64,000 nt of DNA from Eledone cirrhosa. Its lineage: Eukaryota. The stretch covers positions 268,584,001 to 268,648,000 of the forward strand of contig OZ024741.1 of NCBI GenBank assembly GCA_964016885.1, given 5' to 3'. Below are positions 1-13,497 of the stretch, in pieces. The position numbers were made by a program, and so were the translations under genes. The stretch's first letter is position 1. Each line of letters opens with the position of its first letter. A model generated the notes under the pieces. The model saw only the letters and a list, made by a program, of their open reading frames with translations. It was not told where the DNA came from and ran no database searches.

Positions 1-130
1 ATCCAGCCGTAGAAACCAAGCCAGAAACAGTTCTGTATGAGCAAGACATGGTCATCTGATCTGACTTGTCTCACAATGGGACAACTTGCCTAACTCATTG
101 AAAAATGGATATTAAATGTTGATGCTGATG
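1..130 (+). mobile_element. 3' end of RTE-3'UTR-related short repeat (partial at window edge)
   Basis: atccagccgtagaaacc...ggatattaaatgttgatgctgatga resembles the terminal part of the RTE 3'UTR at 58800-58948, with a degenerate (GAT)n tail. Confidence 0.6.
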
Positions 131-304
131 AGGTCGCTATGATTGACTAAATCAAGAGTGTGCCCAATATGGCTGCAATCTTTTGACTAAAACAAGTAAA
201 AGACTAAAAAAAAAAAGAATACTTAAAGTGTCTTTGGTAGTGCATTGTGGAAGTATTCAATAAAATTATGACTACTGGGGAAAAATAGTAATAGTAGTAA
301 TAAT

Positions 305-492
305 TGTTTCTACTATTGGCACAAGGCCAGAAATTACCCAGTACATTACTGGTACTTTATTTTATCGACCCCCGTAAGGATGAAAGGCAAAGTTAACCTC
401 AGCGGGATTTGAACTCAGAATGGCAAGGGCCGTAACTCTATGCATCAAAGCATGGCGTCCGAACCTCTACTGATACTGCCAATCCACCGCCC
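305..492 (-). mobile_element. tRNA-derived SINE (Meta-domain-like family)
   Basis: Minus strand has head gggcggtggattggcag, B-box gagttcaaatcc, body gaggttaactttgcctttcatcctt..ggggtcgataaaataaagtaccag and an (att)n tail; flanked by direct repeat agtaatagtagtaataat (287-304 / 493-510). Confidence 0.85.
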
Positions 493-510
493 AGTAATAG
501 TAGTAATAAT

Positions 511-700
511 GGTTTCTTATTTAGGCACAAGGCCAGAAATTTTGGGGAAGGGGAAAGTCGATTAAATCGACCCCAGTTTATTTTATTTTATCGACCCCGT
601 AAGGATGAAAGGCAAAGTTAACCTCGGCGGGATTTGAACTCAAACCGCAAAGGGCCGTAACTCTATGTTGCAAAGCATGGCGTCTGATCCTCTACCAATA
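511..700 (-). mobile_element. tRNA-derived SINE, same family, 5'-clipped
   Basis: Same B-box and body as 305-492. Confidence 0.8.
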
Positions 701-710
701 ATAATAACTA

Positions 711-897
711 TAATTGTTTCTACTTTTGGTACAAGGCCAGCAATTACCCAGTACATTATTGGTACTTTATTTTATTGACCCCGTAAGGATGAAAGGCAAA
801 GTTAACCTCGGTGGGATTTGAACTCAGATCGTAAAGGGACGTAACTACGCTGGAAAGCATGTCCGACCTTTCTACCAATACTACCAAGTCACCGCCC
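711..897 (-). mobile_element. tRNA-derived SINE, same family
   Basis: Same B-box, body and gggcggtga head. Confidence 0.85.
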
Positions 898-2234
898 TTA
901 TAATAATAATGTGAAAGGACCAGGGAGGATACTTCAATTGTGTCAAAGACTGGACAACCTTTCTAGTTTTGGAGATCTGCACAATAAATGCACCCAGTGC
1001 AGAATGAGAAGTGGTGATACAAAGGACATTAAGCCATAGAAGCCTGCTAAAGAAAGTGTCAGAAGGACCTTTTTGTTGTGTCAAATATTTGACAACCTCT
1101 CTAGTGTTGGAGATCTACACAATAAATACACCCAGTACACTCTGGAAAGTGGTTGGTGATGAGCATTCAGTCATAAAAGTCTTTCAAACAATGAATTTGG
1201 AAGACCCATCAGCTGGGTCAAAGACATAGTAATATTACTGGTGCTAGCATCACAATAAAGTGCACTCGGCAGAGCGTGAGATTGTATGTAAGCAAGATGC
1301 AGGCCTTTGGCCCATCTGTGAGGTCAGTAGTCTTGTTTGAGTACTGACTTTGTTGAGACCCGTCCAACTATTGCTAGCAAGGAAAATGAATGTTCTATGA
1401 TGATGCTGATAAAAAGTGACAGATAGAATAGTTTATGCTCTGAGTTCACATCCCACCTAGGTCAACTTTGCCTTTAATTCTTTCATGGCCAGTAAATAAA
1501 GCAGCTGTTAAAGATGGTGGGTTGGCAGAATTGTTTGCGCATCAGGCAGGATATCTGTTGATTTCATTTGTATTCACAAAAAAAAAAAAAAAAAAAAAGG
1601 TAAAACAACAGAAAATAAAGTGAAATACCTACCTTGTGGGTAACTTTATGTCCAGTTATTACTGTGGGCAGGTTTCTCAGTATCTAAATAGGCATTTCTG
1701 AAAAAGATAGAATTTTAGTCATTATGATAATTCAGATAAGGCAAAAAAGAAAAGATGTGTAACTTAATTATATTTTTTCTCAGCTTTTGCATTTTGTAGA
1801 TTTAATTATTGGTCATTACACAAATATCATACATACTCTTGTATAAGTTGCATCATGACCCTCACAAGTCCAGTGGGTAAAGTAGTTGGCTCGGGCTTGT
1901 GATCCTTAAATTCTAATCATTTCATTTTGTTCTGTTACTTAGAACTACATTATGTACATTTATATTACATCACTTACTTACATTTCATTGTGTATACTAA
2001 CTACATCATGTACATTACATCATATACACAACATCATGTACTCATCATGTATATGTACATATATACTACATTAGCTACACTACATCGTGTACACTATGTA
2101 CATTTACACTACATCATCTACATGTGTTATACCTGTAATCCAGGTATAAATTGTATGTATTTAGTGCTGATTACTAAAATACATAATGAACAGTTTGAAA
2201 TGAGGTTTACATTTCACATCTGTCCTGTGCCTTT

Positions 2235-2395
2235 TACCAGTAAGGGTGGGGCACACACTACAGTTTGTATCTAGCCTGGGCCTGCTACTAGTGAGGGTAG
2301 AGGCACACACTCTATTGTGGGTTTGGCCTGAGCTTGTTACCAGTAAGGGCGGGAGCACACACTACAGTTTGTGTCTAGCCTGAGTCTGTTACCAA
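2235..2395. repeat. Short tandem repeat, ~51-bp unit, ~3 diverged copies
   Basis: ttaccagtaagggYggg..cacacactacagtttgt.tctagcctg recurs at ~2235 and ~2337 with a diverged copy between. Confidence 0.6.
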
Positions 2396-3464
2396 TTCTG
2401 AATGGGTCAGATTCTGTGTATAAAATATATTGTTTTATATTGATTAAATGGCTATAAATGAATGAAGCAAAATACTGGTTTGTCAAGTGTAGCAGTAGAG
2501 CAGAGATAGATGCTGTTGATGAAATGAGCCCTCCTCTTGCATTAGCTTCTGCTTAATTATGACTTATATTTAGCCATTAATTGATAAATGTTGGTATGGA
2601 TAAAAATAGTGATTCTGTTAGAAGGTAATGAAAACTGATGTGATTGAAAGTAGTTAGTTGTTAATATAGCAAATCCGATTCTTGTTTTAACACCACCACT
2701 ACATGGCACTTGGGCCGGTGCCTTTAGCGGAATCTATTCTGTTGCAAGTATTCTAGCCACATCTCAGGATTAAGGATACCTTCCTCACTTTATTTCTCCT
2801 TCCTTCCCATCAGTGTTGGAGGCCATGAAAAGGGTTGTGGGCACTGCCCTTTCCTCTTAGACTAAACAGAATATGTATATATATATACTAGTATTTCAAC
2901 TTATCAGAGTTCAGCATAATGCCAATGTCTTTGGTCTTAAACCATTTTGATACCACCATTCTCAAAACCACCTTTGGTTCTATGTCCCCCTCATACCCAG
3001 CCACCTATTTTAAAGAGTTCCTATTTGAAATAAAATCTTTCAACATAATTTTATATAAGAACCATCACAGACCAAATCAGTACTCAAGTGGAGCTACTGA
3101 CCTCTTACTCAACTGAATGTTTAGACAAGCCTGAGGCCCATATCTTACATACATCTGCACACTCTACCTTATGTTCAGATGAATTTGGGGTATCCCTGCA
3201 TCTTGCCTACATATGTTTCTCTTCTCCACCGAGTACATTTTATTGTGGCATATGCAGTAAATTAAATATATTTCAAGAATTCATTAATAGCAACAACTTT
3301 TTGATATCAATTTTTATTTACTAAAATTAATCATCTGTGTTAATCTGTTTAGTTTTCACTTCAGTTACTGGTATTATTAGTTAAGGGTTGAAACATTTGT
3401 TTGATGAGGAGGGGTCTTCTCTGAAAACCCTCTGTTCAGCTTTCCTAAGAGTTTCTTACTATTG

Positions 3465-4462
3465 GGCTGTATAGTTATAATGGTCAATTACTAATATTAT
3501 TAGTTAATATTGGTTGTTTCGTTATAATGGTCAATTACTAATATTATTAGTTACTATAGGTTGTTTCGTTATAATGGTCAATTACTAATATTATTAGTTA
3601 ATATTAGTAATTTGCCTTTCATCCTTAGGGGGTTGATAAAATAAAGTACCAGTAATGCACTGGGTAATTGCTGGCCTTGTGCCTAAAGTAGAAACAATTA
3701 TTAGTTAATATTGGTTGTTTAGTTATAATGGTCAATTACTAATATTATTAGTTAATGGTCAATTACTAATATTATTAGTTAATATTGGTTGTATAGTTAT
3801 AATGGTCAATTACTAATATCATTAGTTAATATTGGTTGTATAGTTATAATAGTCATCATCATCATTTTTACGTCCGCTTTTTCCCTGCTTGCAAGGGTAG
3901 GATGGGAACTGATTTTGGCTTGATTTCTACAGCTGGATGCCCTTCCTAACACCAACCTCATTTACAGTGAGTGCTGGGTGCTTTTTTTCCGTGGCGCCTA
4001 TACGTCCACTTTACAGTGGAATGATATGGACCCCAGTCCTATCATCTCATTTCTACAGCTGAGTAAACTGGAGCAATGTGAAATAAAGTGTCTTGCTCAA
4101 AGAAACAATACATCACCCGGTCTGAGAATTGAACTCACAGCCTTTCAATTGCAAGGCCAATGCTCTAACCACTCAGCCATGTGCCTCCAAGATTACTCCA
4201 AGTCAATTACTAATATCATTAGTTAATATTAGTTGTTTAGTTATACTACTCAATTACTAATATTATTAGATAATATTAATTGTATAGTTATAATAGTCAA
4301 TTACTAATATTATTAGTTAATTGTTTCTACTTTTGGTACAAGGCCAGCGATTACCTCAGTTCATTACTGGTGCTTTATTTTATCAACCCCGTAAGGATGA
4401 AAGGCAAAGTTAACCTTGGCGGGATTTGAACTCCATTATTATTAGTTAATATTGGTTGTTTA
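3465..4462. repeat. 47-bp AT-rich tandem repeat interrupted by SINE insertions
   Basis: Unit gttataatggtcaattactaatattattagttaatattggttgtttc at 3474, 3521, 3568, 3722 and on to ~4460; contains the inverted repeat actaatattattagt. Confidence 0.8.
3853..4190 (-). mobile_element. Composite: RTE-3'UTR-type short repeat (3853-~4020) joined to a tRNA/CORE-like SINE (~4025-4190)
   Basis: (cat)n tail and ctggatgcccttcctaacaccaacc motif; minus strand ggcacatggctgagtggttagagc (A-box), gagttcaattc (B-box), ttgagcaagacacttt. Confidence 0.7.
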
Positions 4463-4549
4463 AAATAGTAGCTTGTTCCATTTTATGTTTAAACATTGTT
4501 AGAAAATAACTTTCCTATCCAATCACACATTATTATTTTTATTATCTAG

Positions 4550-4750
4550 AAGGGTGGTTGATTTGCAGATTTGTTAGAGAATTGGACAAAATGCTTTGTG
4601 GCATTTAGTTAGGGTCCTTACATTCTGAGTTCAAATCCCACAGAGGTTAACTTTGCCTTTTATCCTTCTTGGGTCGATAGAATAGAGTACCACTACGACT
4701 TTCCATTCCTTACAAATTGCTGGCCTTGTGCCTAAATTAGAAACCAATAT
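4550..4750 (+). mobile_element. tRNA-derived SINE (Meta-domain-like family)
   Basis: ttctgagttcaaatcccacagaggttaactttgccttttatccttc...ggccttgtgcctaaattagaaacc. Confidence 0.75.
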
Positions 4751-6129
4751 TATTACCTAAAATGTTCAATTAACATTGTTCGTTAGAATCTAATGTATTG
4801 TTGACTATAGGATAATATAAAGATATCCAATCAAGACTAAAGTTCTTTTGAGGCCTTAAGTATTTAAAAAAATTATGGTGTGTCCCCGTCTCCCAGAAAT
4901 AAAATCCCAATATTAATATCCTTCAAGGGCTTAGGACAAAAATTGCATCATTTTCAGCTTCTATTGGAAAATTTTTTTTCCTTCAGAATATTTTGGCTAC
5001 ATTATTTGATATTTCAAGCCAAGAATAGATAAGTGTATGCTGTTTTTTCACACCTGGCTTTCTTATGTAAAAATGCTGCCATTTATCTATGAGTATATAC
5101 AGTATATCGTCATATAGACTATTATATTTTAACAAGAATTTCTTATATAATCCTGGAATATATTGGGTGAATCATTCTAAACAGTAATCAAGCCATTATC
5201 TAATATGAATATGATTGAAAACAAAAAAATTCCTTGACTGAAAACTGTACTCACCATACATGAATTATGAAGAAATGTCAAGAGTTCGGACATTTTAACT
5301 TGCTTTTGTTATCCTTGTTGCGAAAATAACTTATCACTATAATTTTGAATCTGAAAAGAATTTGTAAAAACAATGAAAAATTTTACAAAAGTTAATCATT
5401 CGTATTAGACTTAGAATTGGTAAACTTTATTTTATGATGTTAATATGACTATACCTTTAAATTTTCTCTCCACTCTAAAGTAGCAAAATGGTAGATTCTG
5501 AGAGGTGTATCTTAAACATTTACTTAGACAAATCAAATAGCTTATTTATTTGAAATCTCACAAAACTGTTGATTCAAAATATATATTATTAAGAATTTAC
5601 AAGATCTAGAACCTTTTAACAACAGTTTATGATTTAACCTTTCATTGTGGCATCATAAATATGTTATATTTACTACATAGTTATCGAATAGGATATTTTT
5701 TGTGAAAATGTTTAGAGATTCTTTGCGCCACGATGGGCTGACCAACATTTTAATTTATTTGAGAATAATTTGATTGGCAAGAATATTTATGCTATTAAAC
5801 TTGACTGATTTAGAATCATATTTTAGTTTGCAATATTTTCTTAATAGAGAATGTTGTAAAAATTTGAATTAGGTTATAAATATTTAGTTATACACTGCAA
5901 TTACCTCGTCCATATTGTCATGCTCAGTAAAACTCTTATTTTCTGTGATCCTACCACTGAACTTGAAATAAATCATATTTTACCCATAGTTTTATATCGA
6001 ATGCAATTTTAGGTTGAAGTCAGTGTAATTTTTTTTTGTAGCTAAAGTATAAGTTATATTTTAACTCAATTTAGAGTTAGGGATTTTGTAAGAAAGCATA
6101 ATCTTGAAAATTGTCTCTCCCCGCTTCCT

Positions 6130-6195
<66 letters not shown>

Positions 6196-7519
6196 CCATG
6201 CTAGCGTGGAAAATGGACATTAAACGATGATGATGATGATGATGTATGTGTGTGTGTGCCTGTCTGAACATATATACATATGCAAAGCTTTTATTTTCAT
6301 TGGCCCAGAAGCATATGGAAATTTACTTAATTAACGGCCTTTTGACATCTTTTGACATTATATATATATGTATATATATAATTTATAGGATGGGCCAAAT
6401 CTAGATCCTTCATATAGTAGAGAGGGTCTGCTATTACTCATTTCAATTTTGGAACAAGATTTCTTTCCTTTTTCTTAAAAAAATTCCAAAATATCTTATT
6501 TGACTGATCGCTCAATTTCTACTTTTAATAGTTTAATGACCATTGACAACATATTCTAACATATATCATTCTCTCTGTTGATATTTTCCGTTTTCGTATA
6601 TATTCTATGTAATAGAGTTAGTAATTGATATATATTTAGTTAAATGTAGTTAATTTAACTATGCTGGTTAACAAACAAACGGTGCTGCAGTTAATAATAC
6701 TGCACTAAAATATATCTTCCTTACTCACTTGAGTTTCTGGCAATTAGAAAAAGTTTCACACACATCAATATTTTCAGAATCAAACAAAGAAATTATATAT
6801 TGGCCTTTCCTTCAATTAAAACTGTTATATATATATATACACATACTTACTTACATACATACATATATATGTATGTATGTGTACACACACACATATACAC
6901 ATACATACACATACCTCATAATCTCAGTTTTATGTAATAATAAGTGATGAAAGTTTATATAGCTTCAATAGTTTTTAATATAAAAATATGTCTTTTATAT
7001 TATAATCCCTTGATTTGCAAGATGTTTTTGTGTATAACATTACTTGATGTAAATATAATAATTGTTGGTAAATTGGAAATGTTTTAAGATAAGAAAAGCA
7101 AAAGGACTTACAACATATATGTGTAAATATATATCTATTGGGTTTGCAATTTCTTTACATTCATCAACTTTCCCATAACCCACTTTCCAACTGGTTGGTC
7201 TGCGTCTACCTTCATATATAAATTGTATTTATCTGATAGAAAGAAAAAAGTCAGTTGTTTAACTAACCAAGATCAGTGTTGGTTAGTGATTTCACTCTTC
7301 TGTGTTTCAGAAAATCTAAATAAAGGTTGAATCACTTTTTGGTTTTTCCTCTAATGTTGACATCATATATCTAGATCAGTTCCATGAAGGAGTCAAAACA
7401 ACAACAACAAAAATAGCAGACATTGACTTATCTCTTCCTCCTCTTCATTACTGTCTCATCTTATCACACTACCCTCTTGTGCATCTACACTTTACACATG
7501 CATTTATGTTATGAGCACC

Positions 7520-7855
7520 TGCGCATGCGGCTGCACGAGTGCAGTTGTTTGCAGTTTTAAGAAGAGGAGGGAAACAATAAAATTTCAGTGGCCAGTTAGT
7601 AAATAGTCTGTGTTTTTTCTTCCTTTTTTTTTTTTCTGAATGTGTATGTATGTATGTATATATATTGTTCGAGTGATTGTGAAGTTGAAAACTTTTCAGT
7701 AAACAGTGATACGAAACTAGCAGTAGCGTTTCATTGTTTTTTTTTTTTGTTTTCTTTTTATTGCACCAGATTTATCTACTAAGAAGTTACTACATGTCCT
7801 TTATATCTACTAACTTCCTCATTCACTTGATAAAGACTTGTCTAGATTAAGGGAG
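7520..7855 (+). promoter_or_regulatory. Possible promoter or first non-coding exon of the host gene
   Basis: NRF1-like tgcgcatgcg at 7520-7529 in repeat-free sequence; candidate donor gag|gtaat at 7856. Speculative. Confidence 0.2.
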
Positions 7856-8497
7856 GTAATCTGAATGTGCATATGTATGCAGGCTGTGTGCAACTGCTAC
7901 TGCTTGCTTTGTTGTCAATTAGTGCACAGTGCTACATGCAACTGGAATACTGCAAACTGGTTGTAACCTAATAATTAATTCCAGTGACGTGGTGCAGTTA
8001 CTTTTAATTCCGAAATCAATTTAAAGCTAGTCTACGTTGTAGGTTTTTTTATGAATGAAATCACATATGAATAGACTTTTTAACATTAACTATTGGAATA
8101 AATATATTTGCTTTAGAACTGAATCAGAACACTAAAACTTGTTGATTCATTCATTGCAAATGAATTAATGTTTTTGTAAACATTAGGCACTGCTAATAAT
8201 ACTTCAGAAAATATAGTATTTTGAGAATATTGCTGTCTGATCTATTCTTTCAATTATTACAAGTGGACATGATTAAACACATGTCACCATGATAGCAATG
8301 ATAATAATGATGTCAAAACTAGTAAGTAATACAAGTGGGAGGTTGTATTTTGTTTAGTCTGGTTTGAAAACTTAATACTTTCTTCTTAAAGTGTGTTTCA
8401 GAGATTTAAATTGAAGTCGACATGATATATACATAAGATACTACTTTCAGAGATAGTTTTAAAATAAAACTATTTATAGGAATTAGATGAAACGATA

Positions 8498-8725
8498 ATA
8501 ACGATTTAGCATTTACATTACTCTATATACACTACTGTATTTTTAGAGTAAAGGCTTTATTTCACATAATTATCTCACATAATATTGAATCTATGAGATT
8601 TTGATATTATTTATTTTGAGAACAATAACTTAACATCAGTATGAGTGGCCAGTTACAGCCAGTTTGAACTGAAAGAGGTGAGAGAATTTTGGTTGGATAC
8701 GGCCGGTTTAAATGCTAAAGGGTTA
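8498..8725. mobile_element. piggyBac-like MITE
   Basis: Ends taacgatttagcattta / taaatgctaaagggtta; closely similar copy at 41045-41256 beginning ttaaccctttagcattta. Confidence 0.65.
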
Positions 8726-9197
8726 TGGTAAATTCTTATACAAACTTACTTCTTAAAGGGTGTTCACAAATTTTAATTGAAGTCGACATGATATATACAT
8801 ACAAGATAATACTTCCAGAGACAATTTTAAAATAAAACTATTTATAGGAATTCGATGAAACAATAATGGGTGATTTAATTGTAAATTCTTATCCAAACTA
8901 GAAAGTTTCTAATTGTATGAAACCTGCTGGGATTTTTAGTGAAATACTTCATTACTATAAGTTTCACATACTGTGGAGGTTGAGCTATGCTCAGCATTTC
9001 TTTTTTAACATATCAAATATTTTATTAGCTTTGCTGTTAGTAAACTTTTATTTTATTTTATTTATTTTTTTCAGTTCACATAAAACTCAATTTTATTGTT
9101 TATCTGGACCTAATTTCACTCTATTGTTCACTTAAATGTTTCTCAATGAAGCAGTGGTCTCTATTTCTATATTTCTCAGCTATTATTACACTAAGAA

Positions 9198-9415
9198 AGG
9201 GCAGTGGATTGGCAATATCATTAGCACATCAGATAAAAGACTTTGTGGCTTTTAGTTATGACTTTCTATGTTCTGAGTTCAAATCCCACCAAGGCCAATT
9301 TTGTCTTTCATTCTTCTGAGTTTTATAAAATAAAGTACCAGTTAAATGCCAGGGTCAATAATAATCGACTTTCCTCTTGCCCCAAATTGCTATCCTTGTG
9401 CCAATTAATTGAAAT
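9198..9415 (+). mobile_element. tRNA-derived SINE (Meta-domain-like family)
   Basis: gggcagtggattggca...gttctgagttcaaatcccaccaaggccaattttgtctttcattc...aaaataaagtaccag. Confidence 0.75.
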
Positions 9416-10062
9416 TAATTACAGTAGGTAAATTTCACAAGTTCATCATCATCATCATCACCATCATTATTTTACATCTGCTTTTTCATACTTGCATGTA
9501 TTAAATGTTTTTTTTCCAACACATCATCCCTTCACTTGTTTCATTTCTTCATCATTTGTTATTATTACATGTAAATAAGACCATCAATTGCCATAACTTG
9601 AATGTAAATGCGTCCAGATTAAACTAAAACCAACCTTGAACTCAAGCAAATATAAACCATACACCTTCATTCAACCAACCTAATTCACCAAACCCAGACA
9701 CATATTCCAATCTTCTAAACCAAAGGTTCTTAAGGGGAGGGGGGGGGGGGGCGTTTGAAACTGGGGAGAGGCTAGGCTATTTACTTAGGTAAGTTTTATA
9801 AGCCATATTTGTATGTCTTTGAGACAGCCAGTGTGAATGCATTTGAATGAAGAAAACGAATAAAATAAATAAAAGATGCTTGTCAATGAATTCCCTAGGG
9901 GGATAAAAGAAAAACGAAAGAAATCAAAGAAAATGAAAATAAGGATGTCAACTTTTACAACAGTTACAAGAAAAACAGAAACAACAAGAAAAGAAACAAT
10001 GGTGATGAAAGGTGTGGGTGTATACATATACATACAATCATACACACACATGCATACGTACG

Positions 10063-10232
10063 TACATACATACATACATACATACATACATACATACATA
10101 CATACATACATACATACATACATACATACATACATACATACATACATACATACATACATACATACATACATACATACATACATACATACATACATACATA
10201 CATACATACATACATACATACATACATACATA
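10063..10232. repeat. (TACA)n microsatellite
   Basis: Perfect tetranucleotide run. Confidence 0.98.
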
Positions 10233-10479
10233 CGCCAGCGTTGGTGTTTGATGAGGTTGAGAACCTGGTCAGCTTTCAGTCAGATCTATGGTATTTAATC
10301 TCCCTAGGTAATAAAATCTGGAGACAAAATTTTCTCCTTACCAAACAAAAAAAAATATAAATCAAGTCAACATCCTTACACACTTAAATATAAATGCATG
10401 TATATATACAAATGTATAAATGCATAGCTATATACATAGGTAAATGTATGTATATATGTATGTTTGTAGATTTATATAT

Positions 10480-10590
10480 ATAATATTATTGTTATTCTTT
10501 TTTCTTTACACGCCTGTATGTAAACTCCCCACTATAGGTATTTGTATTTGTCCACATCTTTTTGCGCCCTTGTGGCAAATAAAGAAATTT
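10480..10590 (+). mobile_element. 3' terminal fragment of Tx1/L1-like LINE
   Basis: tgtccacatctttttgcgcccttgtggcaaataaagaaa matches the 3' end of the element at 47820-47860. Confidence 0.55.
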
Positions 10591-10599
10591 ATATATATA

Positions 10600-10826
10600 T
10601 AAAAAAGTGCAGGGCGATCAAAATTGATGGAAGCTACGGAGTAGGCAGACCCAGAAAAACCTTGGACGATTTGATAAATTCTGACCTTACACACTTATAC
10701 CTCTCCAAGACAATGTCACTGGACCAAGATCTTTGATGCTACGCAGTAATACAGAAGACTCGCCTTGCCTAAGTACAAAGCGAAACCTACAGTCAGTAGG
10801 CACCTCTTAACCAAAAATACACCGTG
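10600..10826 (+). mobile_element. RTE LINE fragment (ORF C-terminus plus start of 3'UTR)
   Basis: Encodes KKCRAIKIDGSYGVGRPRKTLDDLINSDLTHLYLSKTMSLD, matching the C-terminus of ORF 57117-58451. Confidence 0.9.
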
Positions 10827-10827
10827 T

Positions 10828-11253
10828 ATTACTATTACACATCCAGCGGAGCATGCATGCTTCGTTCCTCTCCAGTCTGCACAGTTCCTCTGCACACAAT
10901 TCCCATGTCTCACTGCCATGTAACATAGCTGTTCGTATGCAGGCATCATACAGTCTGCTTTTCATTTTTAGAGAGAAACCTTTAGTGGCCAATAGTGGTA
11001 TAAGCTCTCTGAACTTTTTCCATCCTGTTCTGACTCTGGCTACTGTACTTTCACAACACCCTCCACCACTGCTGATTTTGTCACCCATATAACGGAAGGT
11101 GTCCACTATTTCTATAGAGCCATCTGGGCAATAGAAGGAGCTAGTATCCTGTGGGTACTTGCTACTTATTGCACCTGAGCACTGGCCACATATAAAATCT
11201 ACGTTCTTAGATAGCTTACCTGTGATCCCACTACATCTTTTATGTACCCATAA
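10828..11253 (-). mobile_element. RTE LINE fragment (PHD C-terminal half to RT thumb)
   Basis: Encodes LWVHKRCSG...FRYMGD...MLRWMCNSN. Confidence 0.9.
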
Positions 11254-12094
11254 TTGGCGTTGTTGAAAAGAGCAGTGGCCTTTGACCCAGCAATAAAAAC
11301 TGGAGACAAAATTCTTTCTGTACCAAAAACAAGGCACACACACACAAGTTTGTTTGTGTGTGCGCGCGCGTGTATGTGTGTGCGTGTATCTATGTATATA
11401 TATAAGGGATACAGATATTGTTTGCTCTGTCACTAAGCATCTCAATTCATTCATTGCAACTAAGTTTGTGATCGAGGCACTTTATTTTGCAAGGTACTAT
11501 TTTTCCCTTGAGTTTGTGATTCAAGAGAAAGGTAAGAAATTCTTCATATTTTGCATATTTTGTATTTTGACTTTACAGTTTGAATTGTAGAATTGTCTAT
11601 CCACTCAAAATATTACAACAGCTAACAGTGAAATATAGAATTAAAAAAAAAGCTTTTTCGACTGAGATCAAATCTTTGAGAACATTCATGTCTATTTTTC
11701 AAAAATATATAATTTGAAATAGCTTGCTTTTGTTTTGGACTGAAACTTTTTTGTATTTAATTCGCACGAGTATTTTTTAAAGATTTTTTAAAAGATTCTA
11801 ACATAACTTGATTTGGCCCAGTAATCTACTGATATCAAAATCAGTAGTATATTGAAAAATGGAAAAATAGGGTAGGGGCGTTTCGTGATTTCGAGGGGCA
11901 AAAGGGGGTGTTTAGCCGAAATGGGTTGAGAACCTTTGATCTAAACTATGTCTCAACCTGCCTTGGCAAAACAACCACAGACCTGCACCAATTACTTGTA
12001 TGGGGATGACAGACAGTATCAGAGTGCAGTGTGTGTGTGTGTGTGTGTGTAATATAAATATATATATAATGTGTGTGTCATAACAAAAAGCTCT

Positions 12095-12272
12095 CAGTAC
12101 ACACTGTAAATGTTGTTGGTGTTAGGAAGGGCATCCAGCCGTAGAAACCAAGCCAGAATCAGTTCTGTGCAATTAAAACATGGTCCTTCAACCTGGTTGT
12201 CTGAACGGGACAGCACGTCCTACTCATGTTAGTGTAGAAAATTGACGTTAAACAACAATAATGATGATGATG
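12095..12272 (+). mobile_element. RTE-3'UTR-type short repeat
   Basis: ggtgttaggaagggcatccagccgtagaaacc...gacgttaaac...(gat)n. Confidence 0.7.
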
Positions 12273-13497
12273 ATTTATATATCTGTTATTTGAGTCATAT
12301 TGTTTTTCTCTTGCTTTTAGCATTTCTCACTATATAGTCAAAAAGACCCATAGTGCTAAAAGGATTAATAAATACCAAATGAGCAAAATTAAAACTGCAG
12401 TGTAAATAAGAATATAGTGAAAAACGCTAAATAATAATTGTCAAAAACAATAGAAAAACATCAAATAACTTAATATCTATCACTCAGAGGTGCTATAAAC
12501 AATAGAACTTGGAAATGGGGCAACACATTGCAACTAACAGATGTGAAAATTAAATTAGGCTAATTAGTTCATTTGCATACTAATAAACATCAAGGCAAAT
12601 GGCAAAGTTTCATTTCTTTCAAGGGTTACCATTCACCAATATCACCCACATTATTAAAACTTCCCAATCTCTGTTCAATAATTATGTCAGGAATAACTAG
12701 TTAGGATTGTCAGTATAATGATCACAACTACTGTTATCATCTGTGTCACATCCTCTCATAAAACTCATAGAAATCATTAAAAGATGCACAAATAAACCAA
12801 AAAAAACTTGACTAGAAGGTTCCACGAACAATACTTGCTAACCATAAAATATGATCCACAAAATTATTGGTTAATTTGGAGCTAGCCAATTGATTAAGCT
12901 GAGTGCTATGCTTTGGGGCTGATATATCAACCATGTGTTTTGGCTATGTTATTGAGGCTGATGTATTGTCCTTTTTATCCTATAAAAGTTAATATCTGTA
13001 AACTGACTTTTAACATCATTAACTTTAAACGTCCTGTACCACATCAAACCGCATTAGCCAGACATTCTTGGAAAGTATAAAACTGCACTATAACTGTGCA
13101 TCACATAAAACATTGAAGGCTTTAGTCTAATATTGCAAGTTTTACACATTGATATGACCACTAGTAAAGATACCACAAGTATTTGAATTAACAATCCCAC
13201 ATTTAGATATTTTCTGCTAAATCGTTACAAGAAGTTAAGAGTCAATTAACGACAATGCATGCACATTATTTTTAGTATAAATTGATGGCATTGTATTATA
13301 TTTGAAGACTTTATACCTCAATACATATTTTCACAATCATTTGTGAACTAATAAACATTCTATAAGCAATTAAATTGATTTAATATACCTCAAAATATTG
13401 ATTGACGTTTAAATGGAAGTAAAGGGAGAAAAAAAAATGGCCTCAATATAAAGTAATTCAGGGATTGTTACTAAATGTTGGTTTTTTTTTTCATTGG

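Larger units (their letters stand above)
9721..11938. mobile_element. Non-autonomous hAT (Charlie-like) element with nested insertions
   Basis: TIRs caaaggttct (9721) / agaacctttg (ends 11938); 8-bp TSD ttctaaac (9713-9720) / atctaaac (11939-11946). Confidence 0.65.

Noticed and set aside
125-155. CTGATGA followed by a GTC/GAC hairpin as a possible hammerhead
   Set aside because: No GAAA after the stem and no stem I; it is a degenerate (GAT)n tail joined to another repeat
3401-3435. TTGATGA-GGAGGG..CTTCTCT-GAAA as a possible hammerhead
   Set aside because: C3 is missing and there is no convincing stem I or III
8375-8880. ~130-bp direct repeats flanking the MITE at 8498-8725 read as LTRs
   Set aside because: Diverged, no TG..CA ends, PBS or PPT; looks like an old local duplication
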